Below are positions 9,736 through 19,825 of a DNA stretch of 64,000 bases, piece after piece; the first letter of the stretch is position 1; each line of letters opens with the position of its first letter. This DNA is from Candidatus Thalassarchaeaceae archaeon (GTDB lineage Archaea > Thermoplasmatota > Poseidoniia > Poseidoniales > Thalassarchaeaceae): positions 1,953 through 65,952 of the forward strand of contig JBJLBJ010000022.1 of the NCBI GenBank assembly GCA_045568235.1. Direction: 5' to 3'. The translations under genes and the position numbers were made by a program. The notes under the pieces are model-generated. The model was not told the DNA's origin and made no database searches. It saw only the letters and a program-made list of their open reading frames with translations.

Positions 9736-10941
9736 ATGGAAGGGGCAACGATAGAGGAAGCTATCAAGATATCATGCAAATTCCCTTTAAAGAAAAAAAC
9801 CGAAATCGTTTCTTTAGACGATTCAATACATAGAATACTAGCTAATGACATTATATCAAAAGTAAACGATCCACGTTTTGATAATTCATCTATGGACGGC
9901 TGGGCGGTGAAATCAGAAGATTGTAAAAATTATGGTACTAAATTAGAAATAATCGGAACTAATAAAACCGGCAATCACGAAATCCATTCTATAAAATCTG
10001 GACAGGCCTGTAGAATAATGACAGGCGCACCCATGCCCAAGGGTGCAGATGCTATTGTAATAATTGAAGACTCAGATATACGAGAAAACATGGTAATTAT
10101 CAACGGGCCTGCTAGGACTGACTACGTTCGTAAATGTGGTGAAAATATATCTGAAGGAGATAAGTCATTGGCCGTAGGGACTATGTTAAATTCTGCTGAA
10201 ATATCTCTTTCAGCAACAATTGGTTATGATGAATTAGAGGTGATACAAAAACCAAAGATTGCTATAATAAGTAATGGTGATGAACTAGTAAAACCTGGAA
10301 ACACACTCCTTGATGGACAAATATACGAATCAAACTCCTTCGGCCTAGCAGCCTTGGTAAAAAAAATTGGTTGCGAACCAATCAGATTTGAAATTGTACA
10401 AGATTCAATCGAGGGTCTAAGAAATGTATTAGATCAGGCTTCCAGAACATGTGATGCAATACTAACTAGTGGTGGCGTTAGTATGGGAAAATGGGACTTA
10501 GTTAGAAAAATAATGGAGGAAGAAGGAGAGATAAAATTTTGGAAAATAAAAATGAGACCTGGCGGCCCCCCTCTATTTGGAAAATGGAAAGACACTCCAT
10601 TGTTTGGTCTGCCTGGCAACCCAGTTAGTAGCCATGTCGTTTTTACAATGATAGTATTCCCCTGGATATCCTTTTCATTAGGTTTTGATAGAGAAAAAGG
10701 ACCCAAATTAGCCGACAAAGTCAATGTAATATTAAAAGACTCTCTTAAAGGAGCCCCCGATAAAGTATGTTTAAGAAGAATAAAAATTACTAACGAGAAT
10801 GGTATTTTGAAAGCAACAACAAATACCCATCAAGGTAGTGGAAATATTAACAGTATGGTAGTTCACAATGGGTTATCTTTATTGCCTCCCAATAAAGACG
10901 GCAAAATCGGTGAAATAATTGAAGCATTATGGTTAAGATAA
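9736..10941 (+). CDS. moeA: Molybdopterin molybdotransferase MoeA
   Basis: PRFDNSSMDGWAV, IMTGAPMPKGADA, GDEL, TSGGVSMG, GLPGNPVS motifs. Confidence 0.95.
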   Translation: MEGATIEEAIKISCKFPLKKKTEIVSLDDSIHRILANDIISKVNDPRFDNSSMDGWAVKSEDCKNYGTKLEIIGTNKTGNHEIHSIKSGQACRIMTGAPMPKGADAIVIIEDSDIRENMVIINGPARTDYVRKCGENISEGDKSLAVGTMLNSAEISLSATIGYDELEVIQKPKIAIISNGDELVKPGNTLLDGQIYESNSFGLAALVKKIGCEPIRFEIVQDSIEGLRNVLDQASRTCDAILTSGGVSMGKWDLVRKIMEEEGEIKFWKIKMRPGGPPLFGKWKDTPLFGLPGNPVSSHVVFTMIVFPWISFSLGFDREKGPKLADKVNVILKDSLKGAPDKVCLRRIKITNENGILKATTNTHQGSGNINSMVVHNGLSLLPPNKDGKIGEIIEALWLR

Positions 10942-11018
10942 CGAAATCATTGTTTTGATTTTACAACCATGAATTCAAGGGCAATAGTTGCTTCGACTAA
11001 TTGTATTGGAGGTGGTAT

Positions 11019-13991
11019 ATGATGTCAATTAAAAAAAACTCTAATCAAGAAGATTGGATAGAAGTAAGGGGGGCACGCACTCACAATTTGAAAGATATTG
11101 ATGTAGATATACCAAGGAGTAAATTTGTTGTTTTAACTGGTGTTTCAGGATCAGGAAAATCTTCTTTAGCTTTTGACACGTTATATGCTGAAGGGCAGAG
11201 AAGATATGTTGAAAGTTTAAGTTCCTATGCTCGTCAATTTTTAGGACAAATGAAAAAACCAGACTGCGACTCAATAGAAGGATTATCTCCTGCAATTAGT
11301 ATCGATCAGAAGCAAGGTAGCCACAACCCTCGTTCCACAGTAGCAACCGTAACAGAAATGATGGATTATATGCGTCTATTGTGGGCCAGAGTAGGAATTC
11401 CACATTGTCCCGATTGTGGTAATGAAGTTGCTAGAAGAACTATCCAAGAAATAGTAGACGATGTAATGTGGCGATTTGAAAACCATGCTTTAGCAATCTG
11501 GAGCCCTACAGTACGTAATCGAAAGGGCACTCATCAGGATCTATTCAGAGGTTTAGTAGAGCAGGGATATTTGGAAGGCAAAGTAAATGGCCGAGAGGCC
11601 AGTTTTGAAAATCCTCCTATTTTAGAAAAGAATTTAAGACACGATATTGATATTAGAATAGATAGACTACAAACCTCAAGAGAAAACAGACAAAGACTAA
11701 CAGAAGCAATCGATGCAGGATTACGTTTGGGTGGAGGAATAGTAGCGGTAGAAAGTATAAAACAACCAACAAACAACACTCAAATTAATGGGGAAAAATC
11801 TAAAATTAAAAAAGGTGAAATTATAGCATACTCGGAAGAATTTGCTTGCCCTGAGCACGGCTCTTTCTTACCTGAAATGTCACCTCGAGTATTTTCATTC
11901 AACAATCCACTAGGAGCATGTCCGGCCTGTCAAGGACTAGGCGTCCAAAGAACATTTTCAGCAGAATTAATTATAGATAAAACATCAACTGTCGAAGAAG
12001 GATGTATTATTCCCTTTCGTAGATCAATGATGTCTGGCTGGTATAGAAAACAAATGATACAAACCTGTAACCATTATCAAATTCCGATAAATATACCATT
12101 CCAAGAATTAGACGAAGACTCATGCGATATTTTATTAAATGGTTCAGGAAGCACTTCGATAAAATTTGAATTTTCCTCTGAAGGAGGATCTACATACAAG
12201 ATGTCAAAACCATGGGAAGGAGTTTATTCTAGGTTGAATAGAACGTATACCGATACTAGCTCAGATCGTACTAGATCGAGACTAACTTCATACATGACTG
12301 ATAAACCATGCTTGGATTGCAATGGCCAAAAATTGAATTCCGCAGTGAGTGGTGTTATTGTTGGAGGAGTTTCTCTACCAGAAATATCTGCTTGTAGTGT
12401 ATTGGAAGCTTTAGCAGTAGTACAGAAATGGCGTTTAGATAATAATGAAGAAACTTGGGAAAAATTAGGAAGGAAAAAACCAAACACAAACACAGTTGTA
12501 AAAGCAACCAATTTAGATGATAAATCGATTTATATTGGGCATGATATCATCAAAGAGATAGAATCGCGATTACGATTTTTAGCATTGGTAGGCCTCGATT
12601 ATCTAACACTAGATCGCCGTGCAAATACTCTTTCAGGTGGCGAATCTCAAAGAATAAGGCTTGCTACTCAAATAGGAACTAGATTGACAGGCGTAATGTA
12701 TGTTCTAGATGAACCTAGTATAGGTCTGCACCCAAGAGATAACGGCCGATTATTAGAGACACTGAGAGAATTAACGGATTTGGGCAACACATTACTTGTT
12801 GTTGAACACGATGAAGCTACAATGAGACAAGCTGATTGGATCGTTGATATTGGCCCAGGAGCGGGTAAAGAAGGCGGACAAATATTGGTAAGCGGTACAA
12901 TAGAGGATTTACTTAAAAATAAAGAAAGCGTTACTAGTGCTTATTTGTCGGGTAAATCCTTTATTCCATTGCCAAAAGATAGATACACACCCAAAAAAAA
13001 TTATTGGATAAAAATTAACGGAGCTAAACAAAATAATCTACAGAATATAGATGTTAATATCCCATTAGGATGCTTTGTTGTATTCACAGGAGTTTCGGGT
13101 TCAGGAAAATCATCTCTTGTTACATCCACTTTAGCGCCCGCACTTCTTAGACAGTTACATGATTCTGATATTGCACCAGGCCTTCATGACAGTATTGAAG
13201 GTTTGGAAAATATAGACAAAGCGATCGTAATTAATCAATCTCCAATTGGCCGTACTCCTAGATCAAACCCTGCAACATATACAGGACTGTTTACGCCAAT
13301 TAGAGATCTATTTTCTCAGACTAATATTTCTAAAGAACGTGGATATGGGCCAGGACAATTTTCATTTAATGTAAAAGGTGGTCGGTGTGAGTCTTGTAAG
13401 GGCGCAGGGTCTTCAAAACTTGAAATGAATTTTTTACCAGACGTTTGGGTAACATGTGATGTTTGTAAAGGCAAAAGATATACTCGAGAAACATTAGAGG
13501 TTTTATGGCGTGGTAAAACAATACACGATATTTTAGAAATGAATGTAGATGAAGCATGTACATTTTTTAATAATCAGAAATCAATTTACAGAATCCTCTC
13601 AACTTTGCAAGATGTAGGTTTGGGATATATTCGTCTTGGACAGCCTGCTACAACTCTTTCAGGAGGAGAAGCACAAAGAGTAAAATTGGCTACAGAATTG
13701 CATAAAGTACCTAGAAAACATACAATGTACATATTAGATGAGCCTACAACCGGGTTGGCATTATCTGATGTACATCAATTAATAGACGTATTACTCAGAT
13801 TACGTAGAAACGGCCACACTGTAATAGTAATCGAACATCACTTAGACGTTATTAAATGTGCAGACTGGGTAATTGACCTTGGTCCAGAAGGAGGAGAAAG
13901 AGGAGGTCATATTATAGCCCAAGGTACTCCACAACAAATTTCTAACAATCTTAATAGTTTTACAGGCAAACATCTTCTAAATTTATTGTAA
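11019..13991 (+). CDS. uvrA: Excinuclease ABC subunit A
   Basis: GARTHNLK, two TGVSGSGKSSL, LSGGE, LDEP, Zn fingers; SD GGAGGTG at 11008-11014. Confidence 0.98.
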   Translation: MMSIKKNSNQEDWIEVRGARTHNLKDIDVDIPRSKFVVLTGVSGSGKSSLAFDTLYAEGQRRYVESLSSYARQFLGQMKKPDCDSIEGLSPAISIDQKQGSHNPRSTVATVTEMMDYMRLLWARVGIPHCPDCGNEVARRTIQEIVDDVMWRFENHALAIWSPTVRNRKGTHQDLFRGLVEQGYLEGKVNGREASFENPPILEKNLRHDIDIRIDRLQTSRENRQRLTEAIDAGLRLGGGIVAVESIKQPTNNTQINGEKSKIKKGEIIAYSEEFACPEHGSFLPEMSPRVFSFNNPLGACPACQGLGVQRTFSAELIIDKTSTVEEGCIIPFRRSMMSGWYRKQMIQTCNHYQIPINIPFQELDEDSCDILLNGSGSTSIKFEFSSEGGSTYKMSKPWEGVYSRLNRTYTDTSSDRTRSRLTSYMTDKPCLDCNGQKLNSAVSGVIVGGVSLPEISACSVLEALAVVQKWRLDNNEETWEKLGRKKPNTNTVVKATNLDDKSIYIGHDIIKEIESRLRFLALVGLDYLTLDRRANTLSGGESQRIRLATQIGTRLTGVMYVLDEPSIGLHPRDNGRLLETLRELTDLGNTLLVVEHDEATMRQADWIVDIGPGAGKEGGQILVSGTIEDLLKNKESVTSAYLSGKSFIPLPKDRYTPKKNYWIKINGAKQNNLQNIDVNIPLGCFVVFTGVSGSGKSSLVTSTLAPALLRQLHDSDIAPGLHDSIEGLENIDKAIVINQSPIGRTPRSNPATYTGLFTPIRDLFSQTNISKERGYGPGQFSFNVKGGRCESCKGAGSSKLEMNFLPDVWVTCDVCKGKRYTRETLEVLWRGKTIHDILEMNVDEACTFFNNQKSIYRILSTLQDVGLGYIRLGQPATTLSGGEAQRVKLATELHKVPRKHTMYILDEPTTGLALSDVHQLIDVLLRLRRNGHTVIVIEHHLDVIKCADWVIDLGPEGGERGGHIIAQGTPQQISNNLNSFTGKHLLNLL

Positions 13992-13994
13992 TCA

Positions 13995-14072
13995 TGGCGG
14001 GCGCGGCAGGATTCGAACCCGCGGTCCCTGGCTTAGGAGGCCAGTGCATTATCCAGGCTATGCTACACGCCC
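13995..14072 (-). tRNA. tRNA-Arg(CCT), CCA encoded, no intron
   Basis: Reverse complement GGGCGTG TA GCAT AGCCTGGATA ATGC A CTGGC CT-CCT-AA GCCAG GGACC GCGGG TTCGAAT CCTGC CGCGCCC G CCA folds into a cloverleaf. Confidence 0.97.
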
Positions 14073-14174
14073 GTTTTACCGAAGACGCCCCTCTCAAGAA
14101 ATGTATTGTTATACATGACATTTTTAATACATTTAAGCCGATAGCATAAACTTCATGATGCCTTTCGAACAATC

Positions 14175-15641
14175 ATGAGCAAAGAGTCCGAACTACCGAC
14201 CCCCTATGGCATCGGTAGTACCTATGGTGCGGGAAATCAAAACTCATTATATCGAAGAGTAAATGCAAGAGATACAGGAAGAAAGTTATGGACCAGAATC
14301 GCCTCTTATAGAGCACTACAACAAATTCGCATTTCTCTTCTATTATTAGCACCGATTTATACTACTTTAAATTATTTTAAATTTGAAAATACAGACGTTA
14401 GAATTAGTATAGTATTATTTGTAATTATTTTTTTATTATTTATTCCTAGCTTCTTAGCAATAATATTTGCTCAGATGTCAGCCAGGGACAGATTGCAATT
14501 GAAAACTTCAGAAGGTAAAAAATCAATGAATTCAATACCCGGTACAGAACGGATCATAAACTCTCTTCGAGAAAGGCGTGTTTTAGAAACGACACGGCTA
14601 CTAGCCCCGTTATTTAGTGCCATTTTACTTTACTTCATATCTTCATTTCAAACAGATATAATCTTAGGCTCAATACTCAATGGTTCAGCAGTTCTCTTAG
14701 GTATATTTTGTTTTTTACTATCTATATCTCTTGATTCAACGGAAATACCAATGCGAGATAATCAGTTTCCATTATTATCTTTACATGCACCAACATTACA
14801 TCACAGCGCTCTTGAAAAAGTTATTACTGAAATATTAATAGCTCATTTAGACCCAGAAACAGCATCATATTTTGAGGAATGGATTAATTCTTTGAAAAAT
14901 AAAGTTAGAAGACATACTAACCCCGAAGAAGCGGTAGAATATTTACTCAGGACCTTGCATCTCAATTCACTTAATTTATTAGATGAAAATAGAATGTTTA
15001 CAGAAATAAAAAGGGTGTTTAAAGTCTCAGCAGTAGACGATTTAAAATCAGATACAAAATTTAATTTAAATTCTTTACAAATACTTCTTCAACACACTAA
15101 AAGTTGGCAACCTTCCTTTTTTAGGGTTATAGATAGACTAGTGGGGGACGTTCAAAGAGGACACTCATCTATCGTAGAAGATGAATGGAGAATGGATTTA
15201 GAAATCCCTCCATTGGCCTCCGAGGGACAAACCGATTTAATCGTCATGGTACATAATTTTTCAAGAAAAGAAAGAATAATAGAAATAGAAATAATTTCTG
15301 CTGAAGGAGCGCCCACCACTCAAGCAATTAGACTACAGTCCCCAACTTCCAAGCGACTAAGATCTTCTATAGACCTAGGAGAAGGAGACGAAGACCTTGT
15401 CAACGCCCTCACAGAAAAATTAGATAATTGTGTAACGTTGTGGGTTGGTTTGGCATGGCCTAATACCGTTTCAGGAAGCCGACCTGTCCAAATAAACCTC
15501 AATTTAGATACCGGTGAAACCTTGATTAGTACGGTAGTAAACACTGCTATCTCCGCAGGAGCACATGCCGAAAGTGCTGGTAACAAAATGATTGACGCCG
15601 CATCATCAGTTAGAGAATTGGCATTAAGTTTTGCAGAATAG
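14175..15641 (+). CDS. Hypothetical membrane protein (about 4 TM plus a large soluble C-terminal region)
   Basis: 488-aa ORF with four hydrophobic segments in the first 190 aa; no recognised family. Confidence 0.7.
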   Translation: MSKESELPTPYGIGSTYGAGNQNSLYRRVNARDTGRKLWTRIASYRALQQIRISLLLLAPIYTTLNYFKFENTDVRISIVLFVIIFLLFIPSFLAIIFAQMSARDRLQLKTSEGKKSMNSIPGTERIINSLRERRVLETTRLLAPLFSAILLYFISSFQTDIILGSILNGSAVLLGIFCFLLSISLDSTEIPMRDNQFPLLSLHAPTLHHSALEKVITEILIAHLDPETASYFEEWINSLKNKVRRHTNPEEAVEYLLRTLHLNSLNLLDENRMFTEIKRVFKVSAVDDLKSDTKFNLNSLQILLQHTKSWQPSFFRVIDRLVGDVQRGHSSIVEDEWRMDLEIPPLASEGQTDLIVMVHNFSRKERIIEIEIISAEGAPTTQAIRLQSPTSKRLRSSIDLGEGDEDLVNALTEKLDNCVTLWVGLAWPNTVSGSRPVQINLNLDTGETLISTVVNTAISAGAHAESAGNKMIDAASSVRELALSFAE

Positions 15642-15703
15642 TGTGTACCAATAAAGAAACTTCATCCGTCACGTTCATGACATTATTGTTCCTGCGGAAG
15701 CAC

Positions 15704-17122
15704 ATGGAGTCTTGGGAAGTCGTAGTCATTGGAGGTAATCCAGCCGCACTTCGTGCAGCCATATCGGCTTCAGATGGCGGTGCAAGCACATTATTAATTG
15801 ATAGTGCAGGAATAGGTTCTAGACAAGGAAATCCACCATATGCGGGGTTAGCTGCAAGCTTAGGTGAAATCGATTCATCCGCACATCGTGATGATACTAT
15901 TTTAGCAGGAGGAGAAAAAACAAATAAAATATCAGCAGCAAATTTTTGCGGTCAAGCCGTCTCAATAGTTGCAGAATTAGAAAGATGGGGACTTATATTT
16001 AGACGAGATAAAGAAGGATTACCATACTGTTCTAGCGTACCTGGACATAGTAAAGCAAGATTAACAGGTTCTGGCGATTCAACAGTACGTGAAATTACAA
16101 GAATACTAGAAGAACAAACAATAAAAAGAAAAATCACTAGGAGATTTGACTGCCAAGCGATATCTATTATTTCAGATAATCAACAAGTAAGAGGACTTGT
16201 TTATCTAGATATAATTTCAGGAGAAGTGAATGCAATACAAGCAAAATCAATTATACTTGCTACAGAAGGTTATGAAGGACTATGGCAATCATCAGTCGCA
16301 GGTCCTGGGACAGGATTAGCTCTAGCAATAACATCGGGAATACCTTTACAGGGCATTAGTAATTTCCCGGTACATCCCCTGACAATCAAAGGAACCAACA
16401 TGCATTTGCCTATGGATATTCTAGATACAGGCGGCCAATTAAGAAAACCAAATGGAGATAATGCACTACCAAGTGAAGTTTTAGAAGAAAATTGTGTTTT
16501 GGATTTAAGAAAAATGAACCAAGAGGATAAGCTTTGGTATAAAAATACATTATTGAATATAAAGAATAGGACTAATTTAGACATAAATACAGATGTTATA
16601 CCCATATCTCCGTCTGTGGTAACAACTGGAGGAATACCTATTGATTCCAATGGCCGAGTTACAATTAATGAAGGTAAATTGTGGTTCACTGGTCTTTTTG
16701 CTGCTGGACAATCATCCAACAATGGCATGCATGGAAATGGATTATTGCCGGGAAATTTGTTATTATATGCTCTTTCATCAGGAAAAATAGCCGGCTCAAG
16801 TGCATCAACATGGGCGGTTAGAGAAAGTTTTTCCAACTCTTCCTTGGTTAAATTAGAGGAACAAAAATCTTTGAACAATCTAAATAAAATACATAATCCG
16901 GAAGGCAAAACAGTTGGTCAAATCTCAACAATTTTAAACTCTCTTGCAACTGATTTATTTATCAATCCGGATGAAATTACAGGAATCAAAAAATCTTTCA
17001 ATAAACTACAAGAAAGTGGCATTAGGATTACAGATACATCTAAAGCGATGAACACTGAATTATTGTCGGCCATACAAGTTCAAAATCTGATATTGATATT
17101 AGGAAAAATACTTTTAAAATAA
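15704..17122 (+). CDS. SdhA/FrdA/NadB-like FAD-binding protein with degenerate active site
   Basis: EVVVIGGNPAALRAA, ELERWGLIFRRD, AKSIILATEG, TTGGIPID, GLFAAG, GMHG motifs; several catalytic residues altered. Confidence 0.8.
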   Translation: MESWEVVVIGGNPAALRAAISASDGGASTLLIDSAGIGSRQGNPPYAGLAASLGEIDSSAHRDDTILAGGEKTNKISAANFCGQAVSIVAELERWGLIFRRDKEGLPYCSSVPGHSKARLTGSGDSTVREITRILEEQTIKRKITRRFDCQAISIISDNQQVRGLVYLDIISGEVNAIQAKSIILATEGYEGLWQSSVAGPGTGLALAITSGIPLQGISNFPVHPLTIKGTNMHLPMDILDTGGQLRKPNGDNALPSEVLEENCVLDLRKMNQEDKLWYKNTLLNIKNRTNLDINTDVIPISPSVVTTGGIPIDSNGRVTINEGKLWFTGLFAAGQSSNNGMHGNGLLPGNLLLYALSSGKIAGSSASTWAVRESFSNSSLVKLEEQKSLNNLNKIHNPEGKTVGQISTILNSLATDLFINPDEITGIKKSFNKLQESGIRITDTSKAMNTELLSAIQVQNLILILGKILLK

Positions 17123-17568
17123 TGGGAAAGGATATTTTGTCGAAAGAACAGACCATATTTTCTTTGATCATTGATGGTACAATACCATCTTATAAATTAT
17201 ATGAAGATGAATTAGTTATAGCAATTTTAGACATAAATCCATTTAGTCCGGGACATACTCTGATTATACCAAAAGAAGAGGCCACAACATTGGATAAACT
17301 ATCCACCAAATCAGCATCTGCAATTGGTGCAATATTGCCTAAGTTATCAAGGGCTATTTTAGACATAACCGGCGCAAAAGAATTTAATGTATTACAAAAT
17401 AACGGTGTAAACGCTTACCAATCCGTTTTTCATGTTCATTTCCACATTATACCTAAATATGAAGATGGACGTGGCCTTCAATTCCCATTCCAATCTTCCC
17501 CCATAGATCATGATAAAGCAACATTGTTGTCTGAAAAAATATATCAACGGATTTTAGAAGGGATATAG
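17122..17568 (+). CDS. HIT family nucleotide hydrolase
   Basis: IFSLIIDGTIPS, DINPFSPGHTLIIPK, QSVFHVHFHIIP. Confidence 0.93.
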   Translation: MGKDILSKEQTIFSLIIDGTIPSYKLYEDELVIAILDINPFSPGHTLIIPKEEATTLDKLSTKSASAIGAILPKLSRAILDITGAKEFNVLQNNGVNAYQSVFHVHFHIIPKYEDGRGLQFPFQSSPIDHDKATLLSEKIYQRILEGI

Positions 17569-17596
17569 TCTAAACCAACAACCTCTTGAGATAATC

Positions 17597-19099
17597 ATGG
17601 AAGGCGATTCTACTCTCCCAAAAGATATCGCCCCTGAACTATCTAAAAGTGCTAAAAAATTTAATATGCGTAGATTAGAATCGGTTCCTTGGGCCCACGA
17701 TGGTACACACCCAGGCTCAGGATGGTTTTGGAAATTTTTGACTACCATTCTTTTAATTCCCTGGGCTTATTTATTTCGAAGAAAAGAAGTAGAAAAACCC
17801 TTTCAAACCGATGGTGGTAGACTGTGTGTTGCCACCCATGTAAATGGTTTAGTAGATCCTATTTCTATTACAATGAGTAATCCAAACCAAAGAATGGTCA
17901 CCCTAGGGAGGCATGATTTGACTACCTCAGTCCCAGTGATAAGTTGGATAGCAAGACGTATTGGTTCACAACCAGTAATTAGGAAAGCAGAACAAATGGA
18001 AGGTATAGCGGAAGCAGAATTTGCTCATTATTTAAATCAAAGAAGTATGCTTACTGTAGCACACGCACTTTCGGGAGGATATTGTGCAATAATTATGCCT
18101 GAAGGAATAGGCCATCAAGATTCACAATTAAGACACCTTAGAACTGGTTCTATGAGGTCCGCAATAAATGCTGCATCTATTGCAAAGGAGCGCAACATAC
18201 CGCCTCCGGTTTTTCAGCCTATAGGATTGCATTTTAGGGTTCATTATTGGTTTAGAACGGATTTATATTTAGAGCAAATAGAACCAATTCCAGTACCGCA
18301 TAATCCAATATCAGAAGATAGGAAAAAATTAATGCAAGGGATTTGGATAGAACCTCCAGAGGAGTTAGTAATAAAATTAAGAGATGAACTAACGAGTAAA
18401 CTAGCACCTATATCAAGAGATGCACCAGACTGGGAAACCTACAGATCTTGGCAGTTACTTGCTCACCTTCTCTCTATTGATAAAAAAATAGAATTATCTA
18501 GTTACAAACAAGAGGTTCTTGCAACAAGGAATGTAAGAGAAAAAATACGAGCAACACCGAATTCAGTATTAGAAGAAAATGCAAAAGAGGCTTCAAAAAT
18601 TTTGCATTCATATAATTTAGATGGTCGTGTAATAAACAGCAATATTACAATCAAAGATAAACCAAATTTGATTAAGGCATTTTTTGGTTCGGTTATTATG
18701 GCACTTTGCGCTCCCATAACTCTTACATCCACTGGAATACAAGCCTTGTTTGCTTGGTATCTTGGCAATAAAACAGATGAAGGAATAGATGCGAGAACAA
18801 CCTATCATATGATAGCCGCCTTAATTTCTCCACTAATATTTTGGCCATTAATATCTTTAGTATATTTTTATATTTTCAACCAAATGATTTATGACATACC
18901 AATTTTCATTTTTCCTATTTTCTTACTCATTTCCATTTTCATATGTCACTATTGCAATCTTTTATTTTTAATTGGTTATGATATGTGGACAGATTATAAA
19001 TTTATATATAGATCTAAAAAATTACAAAAATCTCAAGATGGATTAAAACTAATTAAATTAATTAAAGAAATAAATACAAATTTAGACGTACTAAAATAG
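17597..19099 (+). CDS. Glycerolipid acyltransferase (PlsC/GPAT superfamily) with C-terminal TM helices
   Basis: HxxxxD motif (THVNGLVDP), block II/III (PVIRK, IMPEG), three C-terminal hydrophobic helices. Confidence 0.8.
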   Translation: MEGDSTLPKDIAPELSKSAKKFNMRRLESVPWAHDGTHPGSGWFWKFLTTILLIPWAYLFRRKEVEKPFQTDGGRLCVATHVNGLVDPISITMSNPNQRMVTLGRHDLTTSVPVISWIARRIGSQPVIRKAEQMEGIAEAEFAHYLNQRSMLTVAHALSGGYCAIIMPEGIGHQDSQLRHLRTGSMRSAINAASIAKERNIPPPVFQPIGLHFRVHYWFRTDLYLEQIEPIPVPHNPISEDRKKLMQGIWIEPPEELVIKLRDELTSKLAPISRDAPDWETYRSWQLLAHLLSIDKKIELSSYKQEVLATRNVREKIRATPNSVLEENAKEASKILHSYNLDGRVINSNITIKDKPNLIKAFFGSVIMALCAPITLTSTGIQALFAWYLGNKTDEGIDARTTYHMIAALISPLIFWPLISLVYFYIFNQMIYDIPIFIFPIFLLISIFICHYCNLLFLIGYDMWTDYKFIYRSKKLQKSQDGLKLIKLIKEINTNLDVLK

Positions 19100-19100
19100 G

Positions 19101-19742
19101 ATGCCCCAGTCATATGTTATTGTGAACGCACAAGACGCAATCAATTCTATTAAAAATTGGCTCAATAGCGAGAGCCTTGAATATAAAGAAATTAATGATA
19201 ACCAAGCTCTAATCCATTTACATTGTAAATATCCACCTACACGCCAAGGTCATATTTTCAATATTGTTATTCCGAAGAGAAGAAATTTAATTTTAATTTA
19301 CACCATTACCAGAGTCGATGAAGGGCAACAAAAAATTATGATTGAACAGTCTAATACAGATAGAGAAGAATGGGAGTATTGGCTCCATAAAACAAGGTTA
19401 GAATTAACAAATAGTGATTTAGATTGGGTTTTACATATTGGCCATAAAAGTGACAAATCAGGTCCTTTACAAGCATTTAATCTGTCTCGACCAATATGGT
19501 TTGATGGACTCAATCAAAATGAATTTATGCATACAATGCGTAAACTTTGGCTAATAAAATTATCATTAATCCATAAAATAAAATTTACGTTTGGTAAAGG
19601 AATTGGGAAGCCGGGGCCAGTAGATGATTGGACATCAAGAACAGCTAAAAAAACATCAATAACAGAATCCGACAAAACTCAAATAGATACAGATGAATCT
19701 GGTGGTTTTGGAAAAGAATTTGATCCTTCAAAATGGATTTAA
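19101..19742 (+). CDS. Hypothetical protein (DUF2299-like archaeal family)
   Basis: IKNWL..E, IWFDGLNQNEFMHTMRK pattern resembles DUF2299; family call is tentative. Confidence 0.55.
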   Translation: MPQSYVIVNAQDAINSIKNWLNSESLEYKEINDNQALIHLHCKYPPTRQGHIFNIVIPKRRNLILIYTITRVDEGQQKIMIEQSNTDREEWEYWLHKTRLELTNSDLDWVLHIGHKSDKSGPLQAFNLSRPIWFDGLNQNEFMHTMRKLWLIKLSLIHKIKFTFGKGIGKPGPVDDWTSRTAKKTSITESDKTQIDTDESGGFGKEFDPSKWI

Positions 19743-19825
19743 TTTACTAAAAAAATATTAATTATTATCTAATTTATGACCGCAAAGGGGTTTAGTTAAG
19801 TATCTGAAAAACTTCACAACAACTA

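Noticed and set aside
10981..11004. Small hairpin upstream of the uvrA SD
   Set aside because: Short imperfect stem with a 3-nt loop that does not cover the SD; not distinguishable from chance.
13995..14040. tRNA 3' end as an integration site for a genomic island
   Set aside because: No duplicated tRNA 3' fragment, integrase or compositional break seen; the flanking gene is uvrA.
13960..14172. 70-aa minus-strand ORF
   Set aside because: It overlaps tRNA-Arg entirely and is a translation of the tRNA sequence.
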